From contig NC_058382.1 of the NCBI RefSeq assembly GCF_018350175.1, positions 49,974,001 through 50,038,000 on the forward strand: DNA of 64,000 nucleotides, read 5' to 3'. Below, one piece after another: positions 36,578-50,565 of this stretch (position 1 is the stretch's first letter; every line of letters begins with the position of its first letter). The notes beneath the pieces were generated by a model. It saw nothing but the letters and a program-made list of their open reading frames with translations, was not told where the DNA came from and did no database searches. The stretch is from Felis catus. Its lineage: Eukaryota. Both the position numbers and the translations under genes were made by a program.

Positions 36578-36792
36578 TTTTTTTTTTTTCAACGTTTGTT
36601 TATTTTTGGGACAGAGAGAGACAGAGCATGAACGGGGGAGGGGCAGAGAGAGAGGGAGACACAGCATCGGAAACAGGCTCCAGGCTCTGAGCCATCAGCC
36701 CAGAGCCCGACGCGGGGCTCGAACTCACAGACCGCGAGATCGTGACCTGGCTGAAGTCGGACGCTTAACCGACTGCGCCACCCAGGCGCCCC
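36578..36792 (-). mobile_element. Young SINEC_Fc-type SINE
   Basis: Near consensus. TSD tgttatccagtatctt at about 36564 and 36794. Confidence 0.95.
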
Positions 36793-36965
36793 ATGTTATC
36801 CAGTATCTTGAAAACAATTGTGTGGTATATTTTATCCGTTTTTTTCCCCCCTGGTGGAAGGGCAAATTCATCCTATGTTATTCCACTATGGCCAGAAGCT
36901 AAGGTCTTAATATATTATCTTTGAAACCGTGAAAATCGGATTGACTTACTGTGTTATGAAGTCTA

Positions 36966-36980
36966 ACACTAGGTGGCAGT
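36966..36980 (+). promoter_or_regulatory. Candidate CTCF site
   Basis: aCACTAGGTGGCAG matches the CTCF core consensus CCASYAGRKGGCRS at all but the first base. Confidence 0.45.
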
Positions 36981-39030
36981 GTTATACAACTGAGACGCTT
37001 TTCAGAAAATGCCCAGTGCCAGAATTTCAAGATTCTTTTAAGAGATCTATGAAATTATATATTTGGTATTAGTTTGGGCACACAAGTCCATTTTGTTGAG
37101 CTCTGCTTTATTCCTGTATCTCTTCTCATGGCATTTTTACTTCAGTGTAAAATTTATAAAGATATTTTGCCTACAAGCACTCGTCATAGATTGCAGTGAT
37201 TTATGACATTCTCCTTACCAGAACCAAGTAGTGGAAATATTACAGTTGTTAAGGATACTTTGCCACCTCTAAATGGATTTAGATATTTACGAAGGCGTTG
37301 ATTAACATTCATTCCTGTTTGGTGTAGAAGACCTGCAGAGAATAGGATGTGTTGCCTGCCTCACAGGGCTCCTGTCCTTATGGGGGAGACACAGATGTGG
37401 ATCCCCAATGGCTAAGATGGCATGCTTCACAGAGCAGGTGACCATCAGGGTGCAAAAGATGTGTGGAAATTTGCCACTTGAGAAGGGGGAAATAACAGTC
37501 GTCCCCAGCTGTGGAAATATCATGTAGAAGTAGATACTCAAAGTACTATAACCAGATCAGGGAAGACTGAATGAGTCCATGCGGTTGGCAGGAATAAAAG
37601 AGTGGTAGGAATTAATGATAAGAAAGGGGGTTGGGACTCTACCTTGTAGCCAGTGGAGATTAAATGATAGTTTTCAATTAAGGGATTGATTAAGATAGTA
37701 TTTTAGACTAGAGTCTCTAAACTATTTTGACTGAACAGTCTTTCTAATAAAATGTTGTGTTAGAAACATCCTCTATATGTACATACATGTATATATATAA
37801 ATTATACGTATGTGGTACTATGCAGATATATTATGTAGATTACAGAATATGCACACAACTATGGAGGTCGTGGTAATAATGAAATAGCCTTTGGCAATTT
37901 TGAATTTCTTGCAGGTTATAAGTCAGGTCTCATGAGATCACTGCTTTCTGTCATAATGGAGCTAACTTAAGTAGAACTGAAGACATTTGAGTCTTGATGT
38001 TTTCTTGATCACGTCAAGAAGCTCAAATATGGCAGTGAACTCCGACTCTTCAAGCCTGGCATCCTGCACATGCTGTATGACCATTTCACATGTAAACACT
38101 AAGATTGTTCTCCCAATGATTAATAGAAGTCCAACTTCTTTCTTATTTATGAATATAAGACTAGTGCATACTGGAGACTTACTGTTTTATGTGTCCCCTG
38201 TGGACCGTTCTGTGAGCCTTGGGACACAGGTGCCCTCACACCCCCCCAGGTCAGGTGGCTAAGGCTGCAGCACAGAGAGAATGCAGAGTGCAGGTGGGAG
38301 ACCAACATGGATGCCAAACACGAATGTCTTGTCTGTTGATAATTAGAGCAGAGATCAATTAAAACCGAGGTAAAGAATGACAGTATATGTTTCACTTCAG
38401 CCTCTTATCAATTAACAAAGTGAAATATCACAAATAATAATAAAAAGTTCTGGTATTACAAGTGAACATGGATTAGAATTATCTCAGAAAGTAGACTTTG
38501 TGGCCGATCAGAAAGGCCAAGACTTCTTAACTGGTGAGAACACAACGAGAAATTTGAGGTCTGCAACCGAGAAGGGGCCTTCACCAGAACCTGGCCATGT
38601 CGGCATCTGATCTCGGACCTCCAGCCTCCAAAACTGTCAGACAGAAATTATCCGTTGGTCACAGTGGTATTTTGTTACAGGAGCTCAAATGGACTAGGAC
38701 CGAGAGCAAAGATAAGCTGGAATATTTGAGCGGTGTTATCTGCCGCAGGGGTACAGAGGATGCCGAGGAACCTTGAGCTGGCGTCCCTGTCTCCAGCTCG
38801 CTGCCATCCATTGATCCTTCAAATGAACACGGCTGCTTCATTGAGGATGGCTGAGCTTCCTACATGTAGCAAGAGCGTCACATCCCTCCCTCACTTTTGC
38901 AGATATCTTTGTCGAACACATTTATAAATTACCGTTTACAAATTGCATTGAGTACTTGAAAGTCATTACATAAATTCAGAGAAGGTTTGTTTCTTAGTTA
39001 ATATCACGTGAAGTATTAAAAGAGCTGTCT

Positions 39031-39817
39031 TGGGGCGCCTGGGTGGCTCAGTTGGTTGAGCGTCTGACTTCAGCTCAGGTTATGGTCTCGTAGTTCGTGA
39101 GTTCGAGCCCCGCGTCAAGCTCTGTGCGGACATCTCAGAGCCTGGAGCCTGCTTTGGATTCTGTATCTCTCTCTCTCTCCCCGTCCCCTGCTCATGCTCT
39201 ACCTCTCTCTGTCTCTCAAAAATAAATAAATGTTAAAAAAATTAAAAAAAAGAGCTCTCTTGAAAGAAATGGTTATAAACAATCCATACCTAGACCATTT
39301 GCAGCTACCTTTGCCCTCCCAGGTCGCATTTTGACTTTGTTAATTTGTTGATTGGAAAATCGCACCCCTTTCCTGACTTCCAAGTGTGGTGGTGATATCA
39401 GTTCGGTGAGACCTTTCAGGATTTATAGTTTTTGTGTTCTGTCTTCCAGACAAAGTTGAAAATGTGCTTTTTTCCCCTTCGTTGCTAAATATCAGAATTG
39501 TGGCTAGTCTTTAGGCGCACAGCTTTTGAAAGCTGAAACAGGAGGGAACTACCTGTGTTATCAAGGTATGCCCACTGAATCTAATGGGAGACTTAAAAAA
39601 AATTTTTTTTTTCAACGTTTATTTATTTTTGGGACAGAGAGAGACAGAGCATGAACGGGGGAGGGGCAGAGAGAGAGGGAGACGCAGAATCAGAAACAGG
39701 CTCCAGGCTCTGAGCCATCAGCCCAGAGCCCGACGCGGGGCTCGAACTCACAGACTGTGAGATCGTGACCTGGCTGAAGTCGGATGCTTTAACCGACTGC
39801 GCCACCCAGGCGCCCCT
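39031..39817. mobile_element. Two SINEs: 39031-39252 (+) and young 39597-39817 (-)
   Basis: TSDs aaaagagct(g/c)tctt and ctaatgggagactt respectively. Confidence 0.92.
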
Positions 39818-41849
39818 CTAATGGGAGACTTTTTAAAGCCGACCCCAGTTTAAATCTGATGTGAGTTGAATGTTTTTATTGGTACATTGATTCCTTGCCT
39901 GGCCTTCAAACATCTGATATTGGAATATGTTATGTTTCCACAATATTCTCTGCATAGGAACTCCACTGGTTTTTGTGGGTGCAAGATGGCCCGATGAGCT
40001 GACCGCTCTCTCTGTGTGCTTTAGTGAACCTTTGTAAATTGTCTTGCCTGGTCGCTTCCCATTTTGTTCAACTGTATTTTCTCCATAGCGCTTATCAATA
40101 TTTCAAATGATTTTATTCACATGTGCTGTGTTTACTTTCTCCCTCCCTTCACTGAAATGTAGAACTTCAGGAGGTCAGGGGCCTCGTTTTCCTTGTTCGT
40201 TGTCCTGTCACCAGTGCCTAGACAGGGGCCCGGCACAAATGCGGTGGTCAATACGAAATCATTGATTATGTAAATAAATGAACATATGTAATAGTACCTG
40301 ATGTCATGTTCATTGTCATTGTCGTCAATATCGTGAAGCATTTATTCACGTGTGCCCATAGTTAACAGTACAGCGTTGTGAAGCTTAAGATATGTTAAGA
40401 ATATATATCTCATATTAAGTGCTCTAACCCCCAAACCAGCAACAAATTAAAAAAAGCCCACAAAAGAGCACAAGGAAATTTTTGGAGGTGATGGTTATGT
40501 TTAATACGTTGGTTGTGGTGATCGTATGACAGGTGTGTGCAAATGTCAAACCCATCAAGATGTATACATTAAATGTGTGCAATTTTTTATATGTCAGTTA
40601 TACCCAAATACAGTTTTTTTCTTTTTAAAGAAGGATTTAAGCAGGGCTATGGTGTTGCACAACCCCACTGGGCTGTGTGTGTGTGTGTGAGAGTGAAAGA
40701 CAAGGTCTTGCACAAAACAGACACCAGGAAGACCCGACTAGAAACTTGTCATCAAAGTTGCTTCTGGATAACATGCCCCTGGATTCCTTTATATTTGGAA
40801 TCAACTTATAATGAGGATGTCTGGGTAGTTCAGTCGACAAACTCTTGAGTATAGATCCCCACGGAGCCTCCTGAAACTGAGTATCAACCCTGTTCTGTGA
40901 TAAACAGCATTAGAGGCAAACAAACCACCCTTCATTCCCACATTTTTTTCGTAATCACAGCAAGAAACTTTTAAAAATAGAAACAAGTATACAAAGTATT
41001 TTTTAAATCAAATTGGGATTCAGTGCTATCTAACACTAATTTGGATAGAGAGTTAACTTTAATTGACTGATCTGGGCAGGATAAAATGGCAATAAATATT
41101 GGGCATGGTAGTTCAATTTCATTACTTGAATTTCTTATGGCTTCTTTTCACGTGAGAATTACCTTTGCAAATACGACATCATAGAAAACTTTTCAAAGAG
41201 CTTTTCCTTGGGTTTTCTCTCTGAGGGGCCCTGGTGTCGTATTCAGGGACTGGTGACTCAGAAGAACATAATGAGAAGACGAATGTGCTTCAACCTTAGA
41301 AGTGTTTCCTGCTACTGACTTTGTTCTTTCCCTCAGGCTGAATGAGGTGAATATAGAATATCTTGCAGTTGAATAATTTGGATTGCTTTTAGGCAAGAAT
41401 TTTTGTGATGTTATAAAAATTGAGATCTAAAAGGAACCTTAACCTTCAGTTCATTCTTTTGATGTATTTTGCCCGAAGCTTGGTGCTAGGACCTGTTATC
41501 TTAAATAGGCAATATAAAAATATCTTTCTAATTCACTCCTACAGTTGGAAGTTCCTCATGGGTTGAAATTACTGTGATCTATCAAAATTTACTGTGTTGT
41601 GGAAATAAAATAAAATCACATGTCAGGCAAGGAATGATGACAACAATGGACCAGCTTATTATAAGGCTTAAAAGGAAAATGCTTTTCTGGCAACACTATT
41701 GGACTTTTGAAAGATTGAGAATATGTGTCAAAATCAGAGAAGCCACAGTGTTGGTGTTCTATTTATTCTTATTGATATGGCTGGTTTGCCCCAGGCTTAA
41801 GGTCAGTCTTTTGGAATCCACAGTGGTATTTGGTTTAATTGTGTGCTGT

Positions 41850-44225
41850 TGTTGCTGTGATGTAATTAACATACCATAAGAGTCATCATTTTAAAGTGTA
41901 CATTTCAGTGATTTTGAGTACATTCACAAGGCTGTGCAACTGTCGTAACTAATTGAAGAATATTTCGTTATTTCAAAAAGATGAAACCACTAATATACGC
42001 TTTTTGTTTGAAGTTTTTTATTTAAATTCTAGTTAGTTAGCATATAGTGTAATATTAGTTTCAGGAGTAGAATTTAGTGATTCATCACTTACATACAACA
42101 CCCAGTACTCATCATAACAAGTGCCCTCCTTAATACCCATCACCCATTTCACCCTTCCTCCCCCCCACCTCTCCTCCACCAGCCTTCAGTTTATTCTCTA
42201 TAATTAAGAGACTCTTGTGGTTTTACTTCCCCCTTTTTTTCTTCCTTCCTCTATATTTTATATATATGTTTTATTTATTTTATTTGTTTCTTAAATTCTA
42301 CATGAGTGAAATCATGATATTTGTCTTTCTCTGACTGACTAATTTTGCTTAGCGTAATACTATCTAGCTCTATCCACATCATTGCAAATGGTGAGATTTC
42401 ATTCTTTTTGATGGCTGAGTAATATTCTATTGTGTGTGTATGCATGTGAGTGTATATACATACATATATATGTATATATATGTGTATATATATGTATGTA
42501 TATGTATATACCACATCTTCTTTATCCATTCATCAGTGGACATTTGGGCTCTTTCCACAGTTTGGCTATTGTTGATAATGCTGCTATAAACATTGGGGTG
42601 CATGTGCCCCTTTGAATCAGTATTTTTGTATCCTTTGGGTAAATACCTAGTAGTGCCACTGCTGGGTCACAGGGTAGTTCTATTTTTACCTTTTTGAGGA
42701 AGCTCCATACTGTTTTCTGGAGTGGCTGCACCAGTTTGCACTCCCACCAACAGTGTAAGAGGATTCTCCCTTTCTCCTCATCTTTGTCAACATCTCTTGT
42801 TTCCTGTGTTGTTAATTTTTGCCATTCTGACAGGTGGAGTTGGTATCTCATTGCAGTTTTGACTTCTCTCTCCTTGATGAGTGACGTTGAACATCTTTTC
42901 ATGTGTCTATTAGCCATTTGGATGTCTTGTTTGGAAAAATGTCTATTCATATCTTCTTCCTATTTCTCCACTGGATTATTTGGCTTTTGGGTGTTTGATA
43001 AGTTTGATAAGTTCTTTTTTTTTTTAATTTTTTTTCAACGTTTATTTATTTTTTTGGGGACAGAGAGAGACAGAGCATGAACGGGGGAGGGGCAGAGAGA
43101 GAGGGAGACACAGAATCGGAAACAGGCTCCAGGCTCTGAGCCATCAGCCCAGAGCCTGACGCGGGGCTCGAACTCACGGACCGTGAGATCGTGACCTGGC
43201 TGAAGTTGGACGCTTAACCGACTGCGCCACCCAGGCGCCCCGAGTTTGATAAGTTCTTTATAGATTTTGGATACTAACCCTTTATCAGATATGTCATTTG
43301 CAATTATCTTCTCCCATTCCATAGGTTGCCTTTTAGTATTGTTGATGGTTTCCTTCACAGTGTAGAAGTTTTTATCTTGATGAAGTACAAATAGTTCGGT
43401 TTTGCTTTTGTTTCCCTTGCCCCAGCAGTGTGTCTAGTAAGACAGTGCCACCATGCCAGAGGTCAAAGATAGTGCTGCCTGTGTTCTCGTCTAGGATTCT
43501 GATGGCTCCCTGTCTCACATTTAGGTCCTGCATCTATTTTGAGCTTATTTTTGTGTGTGGAGTAAGAAAGTGGTCCAGGTTCATTCTTCTGCATGTGGCT
43601 GTCCACTTTTCCCAACAGCATTTGTTGAAAAGACTGTCTTTTTTCCATTGGATATTCTTCTATGCTTTGTTGAAGATTAGTTGACCATCAAATACACTTT
43701 CTGTTGCAATGGATTTACCTGTGCTGGACATTTTGCATAAACTGAGTCACATAACGTGCCCGGCTACTCTGGCTTAGCAAAAACATCAAGGTTTATCTGT
43801 GTTGCAGCAAGTGTCAATATTTCATTTCTTTTTATGGCTGGATTATATTCCATACTATCACTAGCTATACCACAGTTTATTTATCCATCTATAAGTTGAT
43901 TAACATTTGCTTTGCTTTGCTTTCATTTTTTGGCTATAATGAATAATACTATGAACATTTGTGTACAAGTTTTTGTGTGAACATATATTTGCATTTCTCT
44001 TGAGTATATATCTAAGAGTGGAATTGCTGAATCATATGGTAAACTCTATGTTTCACTTTTTGAAGAATAGCCAAACTATTTCTCACCAGAGCTGTGCATG
44101 TTTTCATCCCCATCAGCAGTATATGAGGATTCCAATTTCTCCAAATCCTTGTCAATACTTGTTATTTTTCAGTTAAAAAAATTATAGCCAATTCCCATTC
44201 TGTGGGTTGTGTCTGTTGATGGTGT
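41850..44225 (-). mobile_element. Nested L1s: carnivore L1 3' part (about 42005-43690) inside an older L1M, with a young SINE at 43018-43242
   Basis: ORFs 42522-42950 and 43463-43648 region encode the L1 ORF2 C-terminus. SINE TSD agtttgataagttcttt at about 43001 and 43244. Older L1 motifs at 41870-41990 and 43690-44225. Confidence 0.9.
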
Positions 44226-44904
44226 CCTTTGCTCTCTCTGGCACCGGGGATGCAGACTGTTGGTTTCTAAGGCTACTGGTGAGAGGGGCAGTGGAGGATA
44301 GTTCTAGGGTAAGTTAAAACACCACAAAGCTTGCTGTTTGTATGACTGTCTAGCAGGTTTTTTTTTTTGTCTTGAATAAACACTCCTTGGGTTACTACAA
44401 GTCTTTGTTTAATATCCAGAGCTTAAAAAAGTTGATTCTGACCATTTTTGCCATTATTTTTTCATTGCTTTTATGAGGGGGTAAATTTTAAGTTCTTATT
44501 CTGACATTTTCACTGCTATCACTTCAATTGCATGACTTATAGTGCAGTGAGATCACTGCTTTGTCTTTGGTTATTTTCATACATACTTGTCCAAGTCATG
44601 TTGACTCAAGCTTCTGTTAAGTCTGTCATCCCAGATTTTTCTCACTGGATATTATCCTCTTCTACTTTTATTATTTGTAAAGCTTGGGAGCTGTTAACAG
44701 TCTTAGAGGTTGGCTAATGGATTGATCCTTTTGTTTCACACATGAGAAAACTGGCACCATTTGTAAAGTGAAGTGAATTGTCTGGCCTCTTACTCTAGTT
44801 GGTAGTTGAGTTTGGAATTGAAGTCTCACTGCAGGTTAGAGCTTGAGCAGAAATAGTGCAAATCTTTCTTTGCAATTTTTCAGAGTGTCATCACCCAGTC
44901 TTCT

Positions 44905-45117
44905 TAAATTTTTTTTGTGGTTTTATTATTTATTTTTGTGTGTGAGAGAGAGAGAGCAGGGGAGGGACAGAGAGAGAGGGAGACGTAGAATCTGAAGCAG
45001 GCTCCAGTCTCTGAGCTGTAAGCACAGAGTCCAACGCAGGGTTTGAACTCATGAACCATGAGATCATTACCTAAGCCGAACTTGGATACCTAACCAACTG
45101 AGCCACCCATGTGCCCC
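44905..45117 (-). mobile_element. Can-SINE with TSD
   Basis: TSD tcatcacccagtct on both sides. Confidence 0.9.
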
Positions 45118-45516
45118 TCATCACCCAGTCTCCTATACCTGATTTCTCTTTTTGCTTGGGCAAGTGGGCCAGTCCCTGTGAGACTTTGAAAGTGATGAGA
45201 TACCATAAAGCCTATGCATAGCCCCTCAGCTATTCTCATGGACTTGGCTTTGATCGTGGTATTATTTGGGGATTGTGAAAATTTCCAGTCTCTCAGAAGC
45301 AGCCAGCTGTTTGAGGTATGTGAAATCTGTATGATGGCAGACACATTTCTGTCTCACTTTCCCCCCTGCTTCTTATTACTTTCCCTGTTTATTTCTACAT
45401 AGCCAAAGAGAATACAAATGGTTTCAAAATGAGTTTGTTTCTGCAATGTAGTTCTATGGATGTACATTGGAAAAACTTCTTTTTAGGGTCCCCAGGCACA
45501 ACCTCTGATTGGTGTT

Positions 45517-45865
45517 TGTATTAGTTTGCTAGGGCTGCCATGAAAGTACCACAGACAGGGTGGCTTAAGCAACAGAAATTTATTTTCTCACAATTCTGGG
45601 GCAAAAAATCTGAGATCAATGTGTCTGTGTGGTTGGTTTCTTCCAAGCCTTCTCTTTTTGGCTTGTACATGAATGTCCTTTCCCTGTAACTTCACGTTGC
45701 TTTCCCTCTGTAACTACATCCTGATTTCTTCTTGTAAGGAACCAGTTTTATTGCATTAGGACCTCCCACAGTGACCTCATTTTAACTTAATTACCTCTTT
45801 AAAGATCCTGTCTCCAAATAGAGTCACATTCTGAGATACTGGGGGTTAGGACTATGAGTGTGAAA
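45517..45865. mobile_element. MLT1A/B-type MaLR solo LTR
   Basis: tgtattagtttgctagggctgcc...ggcttaagcaacagaaatttattttctcacaattctgg...ttaattacctctttaaag...tctccaaatagagtcacattctgagatactgggggttaggact is the classic MLT1 layout. Confidence 0.85.
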
Positions 45866-45901
45866 TCTATGAATCAAATTTTCTTCATAAAAAATGCTGC
45901 C

Positions 45902-46125
45902 GGGGCGCCTGGGTGGCGCAGTCGGTTGAGCGTCCGACTTCAGCCAGGTCACCATCTCGCGGTCCCTGAGTTCGAGCCCCGCATCGGGCTCTGGGCTGAT
46001 GGCTCAGAGCCTGGAGCCTGTTTCTGATTCTGTGTCTCCCTCTCTCTCTGCCCCTCCCCCGTTCATGCTCTGTCTCTCTCTGTCCCAAAAATAAATAAAC
46101 GTTGAAAAAAAAAATCAAAAAAAAT
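45902..46125 (+). mobile_element. Young SINEC_Fc-type SINE
   Basis: Near consensus. TSD aaaaaatgctg. Confidence 0.95.
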
Positions 46126-47222
46126 GCTGTCAAAGCAAACACCATACTCTCTTCCCAGACTGAAAAAAGAATGAAAAAATGGAGCAGAATATCTAAGGGC
46201 TGTAGGACAATTACACAAGGTGTAACACAGACATAATGGAGATAAGAGCTGGAAAACTGAAAAAGAAGAAGAAGAAATATTTTAAGTAACAATGCTGAAA
46301 TGTTCCAAATAAATGACAGTCACCAAGTAACAGAACCAAGAAGCTTAGATAACCCCAAGCAAGATAAACACCAAAAAACTACACCTATGCATATTTATTC
46401 AAACTACAGAAAACCAAAGACAGAGAAAGAAGTTGGAGGGTGGGGGGTACTTCTCTATAGAGGGACCCCTGTAAGAATTATATTGGACTCCTTGTCAGAA
46501 ACCATGCAAACAAGAGAGTGCAGTGAAATCTTTAAAGTGTTTTTTTTTTTTTAAAGACCCAACATCCCTGAACTATGTATCCAGAGATACCATTTTTCAA
46601 AAATAAAAGAGAAATAAAAACTACTTTCTCAGGGAAAGAAAAATGAAGAAAATTGTTAATAGTGGACATGCCTTACAAGAAATATCAAAAAGTTCTTCAG
46701 AGAAGGAAAATGATGTAGGTCAGAAACTCAGATATATATAAAGAAGGGAAGACGATCAAAGAAGGACTATATGAAGGTGAAAAATATATTTTTATTATTT
46801 TCAAAATAGTTACTTATTTTGAGTGAGAGAGAGAGGGAGAGAGAGCAAGAATCCCAAGCAAGATCTACACTGGTAGCGTAGGGGGGCTCGGTCTCACAAA
46901 CAGTGAGTTCATGACCTGAGCCGAAATCAAGAGTCCAACACTTAACTGACTGAGCCACCCAGGTGCCCCATGATATTTTTATTATTAATTGATGTAATAG
47001 ATATCTATCTGTTCAAGTAATAGAAACAATGAATTGGATGATATTAGAGATTATAAGTGAAATAAATGACATCAATGTTATCGAAGATGGGAGGAAGGAA
47101 TTGGGGCTATTCTTTATAAGATACCTGTAGTACCCATGATGGGGTAGTGTTATTTAAAAGTGAATTTTAATTATTTGTAAATAAGTATTGCAAATTTTAC
47201 AGCAGCCAGGAAAATAATTTTA

Positions 47223-50200
47223 TTTATTTATTTTTTTAATATGAAATTTATTGTCAAATTGGTTTCCATACAACACCCAGTGCTCATCCCAACATGTGCC
47301 CTCCTCAATGCCCATCGCCCACTTTCCCCTCCCTCCCACCCCCCATCAACCCTCAGTTTATTCTCAGTTTTTAAGAGTCTCTTATGGTTTGCCTCCTTCC
47401 CTCTCTGTACCTTTTTTTTTTCCCCTTCCCCTCTCCCACGGTCTTCTGTTAAGTTTCTCAGGATCCACATAAGAGTGAAAATATATGGTATCTGTCTTTC
47501 TCTGTATGACTTATTTCACTTAGCATAACACTCTCCAGTTCTATGCACATTGCTACAAAAGGCCATATTTCATTCTTTCTCAGTGCCAAGTAGTATTCCA
47601 TTGTATATATAAACCACAATTTCTTTATCCATTCATCAGTTGATGGACATTTAGGCTCTTTCCATAATTTGGCTATTGTTGAAAGTGCTACTACAAACAT
47701 TGGGGTCCAAGTGCCCCTATGCATCAGCACTCCTGTATCCCTTGGGTAAATTCCTAGCAGTGCTATTGCTGGGTCATAGGGTAGATCTATTTTTAATGTT
47801 TTGATGAACCTCCACACTGTTTTCCAGAGTGGCTGCACCCATTTGCATTCCTACCAACAGTGCAAGAGGGCTCCTGTTTCTCCATGTCCTCTCCAGCATC
47901 TATAGTAGGGTGTTCTGTAACCTCCATGCTTTTGGAGGTTTTCCAGACTTTTTCCTGTGGTTGATTTCAAGTTTCACAGCATTGTGGTCTGAAAGTGTGC
48001 ATGGTATGATCTCAATTCTTTTATACTTATGAAGGGCTGTTTTGTGACCCAGTGTGTGATCTATCTTGAAGAATGTTCCATGTGCACTCGAGAAGAAAGT
48101 ATATTCTGTTGCTTTGGGATCCAGGGTTCTAAATATATCTGTCAAGTCCATCTGATCCAATGTATCATTCAGGGCCCTTGTTTCTTTATTGATCCTGTGT
48201 CTAGATGATCTATCCATTGTTGTAAGTGGGGTATTAAAGTCCCCTGCAATAACCACATTCTTATTAATAAGGTTGCTTATGTTTGTGATTAATTGTTTTA
48301 TGTATTTGGGGGCTTCCGTGTTTGGTGCATAAACATTTATAATTGTTAGCTCTTCCTGATGGATAGACCCTGTAATTATTATATAATGCCCTTCTTCATC
48401 TCTTGTTACAGCCTTTAATTTAAAGTCTAGTTTGTCTGATATAAGTATGGCTACTCCAGCTTTCTTTTGACTTCCAGTAGCATGATAGATAGTTCTCCAT
48501 CCCCTCACTTTCAATCTGAAGGTGTCCTCAGGTCTAAAAGGAGTCTCTTGTAGACAGCAAATAGTGGGTCTTGCTTTTTTACCCATTCTGATACCCTATG
48601 TCTTTTGGTTGGAACATGTAGTCCATTTACATTCAGTGTCATTATTGAAAGATATGGATTTAGAGTCATTGTGATATCTGTAGGTTTCATGCTTGTAGTG
48701 AGTCTCTGGCACTTTGGGTCTTTGCAACATTTCACTCACAGAATTCCCCTTAGGATCTCTTGTAGGGCTGGTTTAGTGGTGATGAATTCCTTCAGTTTTT
48801 GTTTGTTTGGGAAAACCTTTATCTCTCCTTCTATTCTGAATGACAGACTTGCTGGATAAAGGATTCTCAGCTGCATATTTTTTCTGTTCATCACATTGAA
48901 GATTTCCTGCCATTCCTTTCTGGCCTGCCAAGTTTCAGTAGATAGGTCTGCCACTATTCTTATGTGTCTACCTTTGTAAGTTAGAGCCTGTTTATCCCTA
49001 GCTGCTTTCAGAATTTTCTCTTTATCCTTGTATTTTGCCAGTTTTACTATGATATGTCATGCAGAAGATCGATTCAAGTTATGTCTGGAGGGAGTTCTCT
49101 GTGCCTCTTGGCTTTCAATGCCTTTTTCCTTCCCCAGATCGGGGAAGTTCTCAGCTATGATTTGTTCAAGTACACCTTCAGCCTCTTTCTCTCTCTCTTC
49201 TTCTGGAATTCCAATGATATGGATATTGTTCCATTTGATTGCATCACTTAGTTCTCTAATTCTCCCCTCATACTCCTGGATTTTTTTATCTCTCTTTTTC
49301 TCAGCTTCCTCTTTTTCCATAATTTTATCTTCTAATTCACCTATTCTCTCCTCTGCCTCTTCAATCCATGCTATGGCTGCCTCCATTTTATTTTGCACCT
49401 CATTTATAGCATTTTTTTTAGCTCCTCATGACTATTTCTTAGTCCCTTGATCTCTGTAGCAATAGATTCTCTGCTGTCCTCCATGCTTTTTTCAAGCCCA
49501 GTGATTAATTTTGTGACTATTATTCTATTATTCTAAATTCTTGTTCTGTTACATTGCTTAAATCGTTTTTGATCAATTCGTTAGCTGTTGCTACTTCCTG
49601 GAGTTTCCTTTGAGGAGAATTCTTTTGTTTCGTCATTTTGAGTAGTCCCTGCGGTGGCTCCAAACTGTCTGGAGTAACTTGCGTTGGTGGGCGGGGCCAC
49701 AGTCAGACCCAATGTCTTGTCCCCAGCCCACCGCTGGGGCCACGGTCAGACTGGTGTGTACCTTATCTTCCCCTCTCCCAGGTGCAGGACTCACTGTGGA
49801 GTGGTGTGGCCCCTGTCTGGGCTACTTGCACACTCCCAGGCTTGTGGTGCTGCTTTGATGGGATCTGGTGTATTAGCCAGGGTGGGTCTGCAAGGTGCAC
49901 AGGGGAGGGAGGGGCAGACTTAGCTGGCTTTGCCATTGGTGGTCCCCTGTGGGAGAGGCCCTGCAGCACAGGGAGGGAGGGAGGCAGGCAGACCCGTTGG
50001 AGGGATGGATCCAGAGAAGCACAGCATTGGGCGTTTGCGCAGTGCAAGCAAGTTCAGTGACAGGAACTGGTTCCCTTTGGAATTTCGGCTGGGGGATGGG
50101 AGAGGGTGGTGGCACACAGGTGGCCTTTGTTCCCCTGCCCAAGCTGAGCTCTGTCTTCCCAGGCTCAACAAGTCTCCCTCCTGGTGTCCTCTCATCCTCC

Positions 50201-50565
50201 CCGCTCTCCGAGAGCAGAGGTGTTGACTTTTAACATTCCAGATGATAAGTCCTGCTGGCTGTCAGAACTCAAGGAGTCCGGCCCCTCTGCTTTTGCAAGC
50301 CAGACTTCGGACTCTGCCTTGCCGGTCGGGCTGTCCCTCCACCGCCCTGGCTCCCTCCCACCAGTCCCTGTAGCACGCACCGCCTCTCTGCCCTTCCTAC
50401 CCTATTCTGTGGTCCTTTTGTCTATGCTTGGGTCTGGAGAGTCAATTCTGCTAGTCTTCTGGTGGTTTTCTGGGTTATTTAGGCAGTTGTGGGTGGACTC
50501 TAAGTGATCAGCAGGACAAGGTAAGCCCAGCATCCTCCTACGTCACCATCTTCCCCTATGAGTCT
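47223..50565 (-). mobile_element. Felid L1 with 5' UTR, ORF1, ORF2 endonuclease and 3' end, lacking the central ORF2 (reverse transcriptase)
   Basis: 15-bp TSD aggaaaataatttta at 47208-47222 and 50566-50580. 5' end ggggaagatggtgacgtaggaggatgctgggc. ORF1 ATG at 49636 to about 48736, frameshifted. ORF2 ATG at 48669 with EN motifs (CCLQET, GVAILISDK, GDFNTPL, SDHN). It joins the ORF2 C-terminus at about 47903-47906. Confidence 0.92.

Noticed and set aside
37985..38028. Imperfect hairpin (atttgagtcttgatgt...acgtcaagaagctcaaat) as a miRNA precursor
   Set aside because: The stem is only about 16 bp with a bulge, too short, and there is no other support.
47900..48586. 228-aa endonuclease ORF as a host gene or active L1
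   Set aside because: It is the L1 ORF2 EN domain of a frameshifted element lacking the RT domain.
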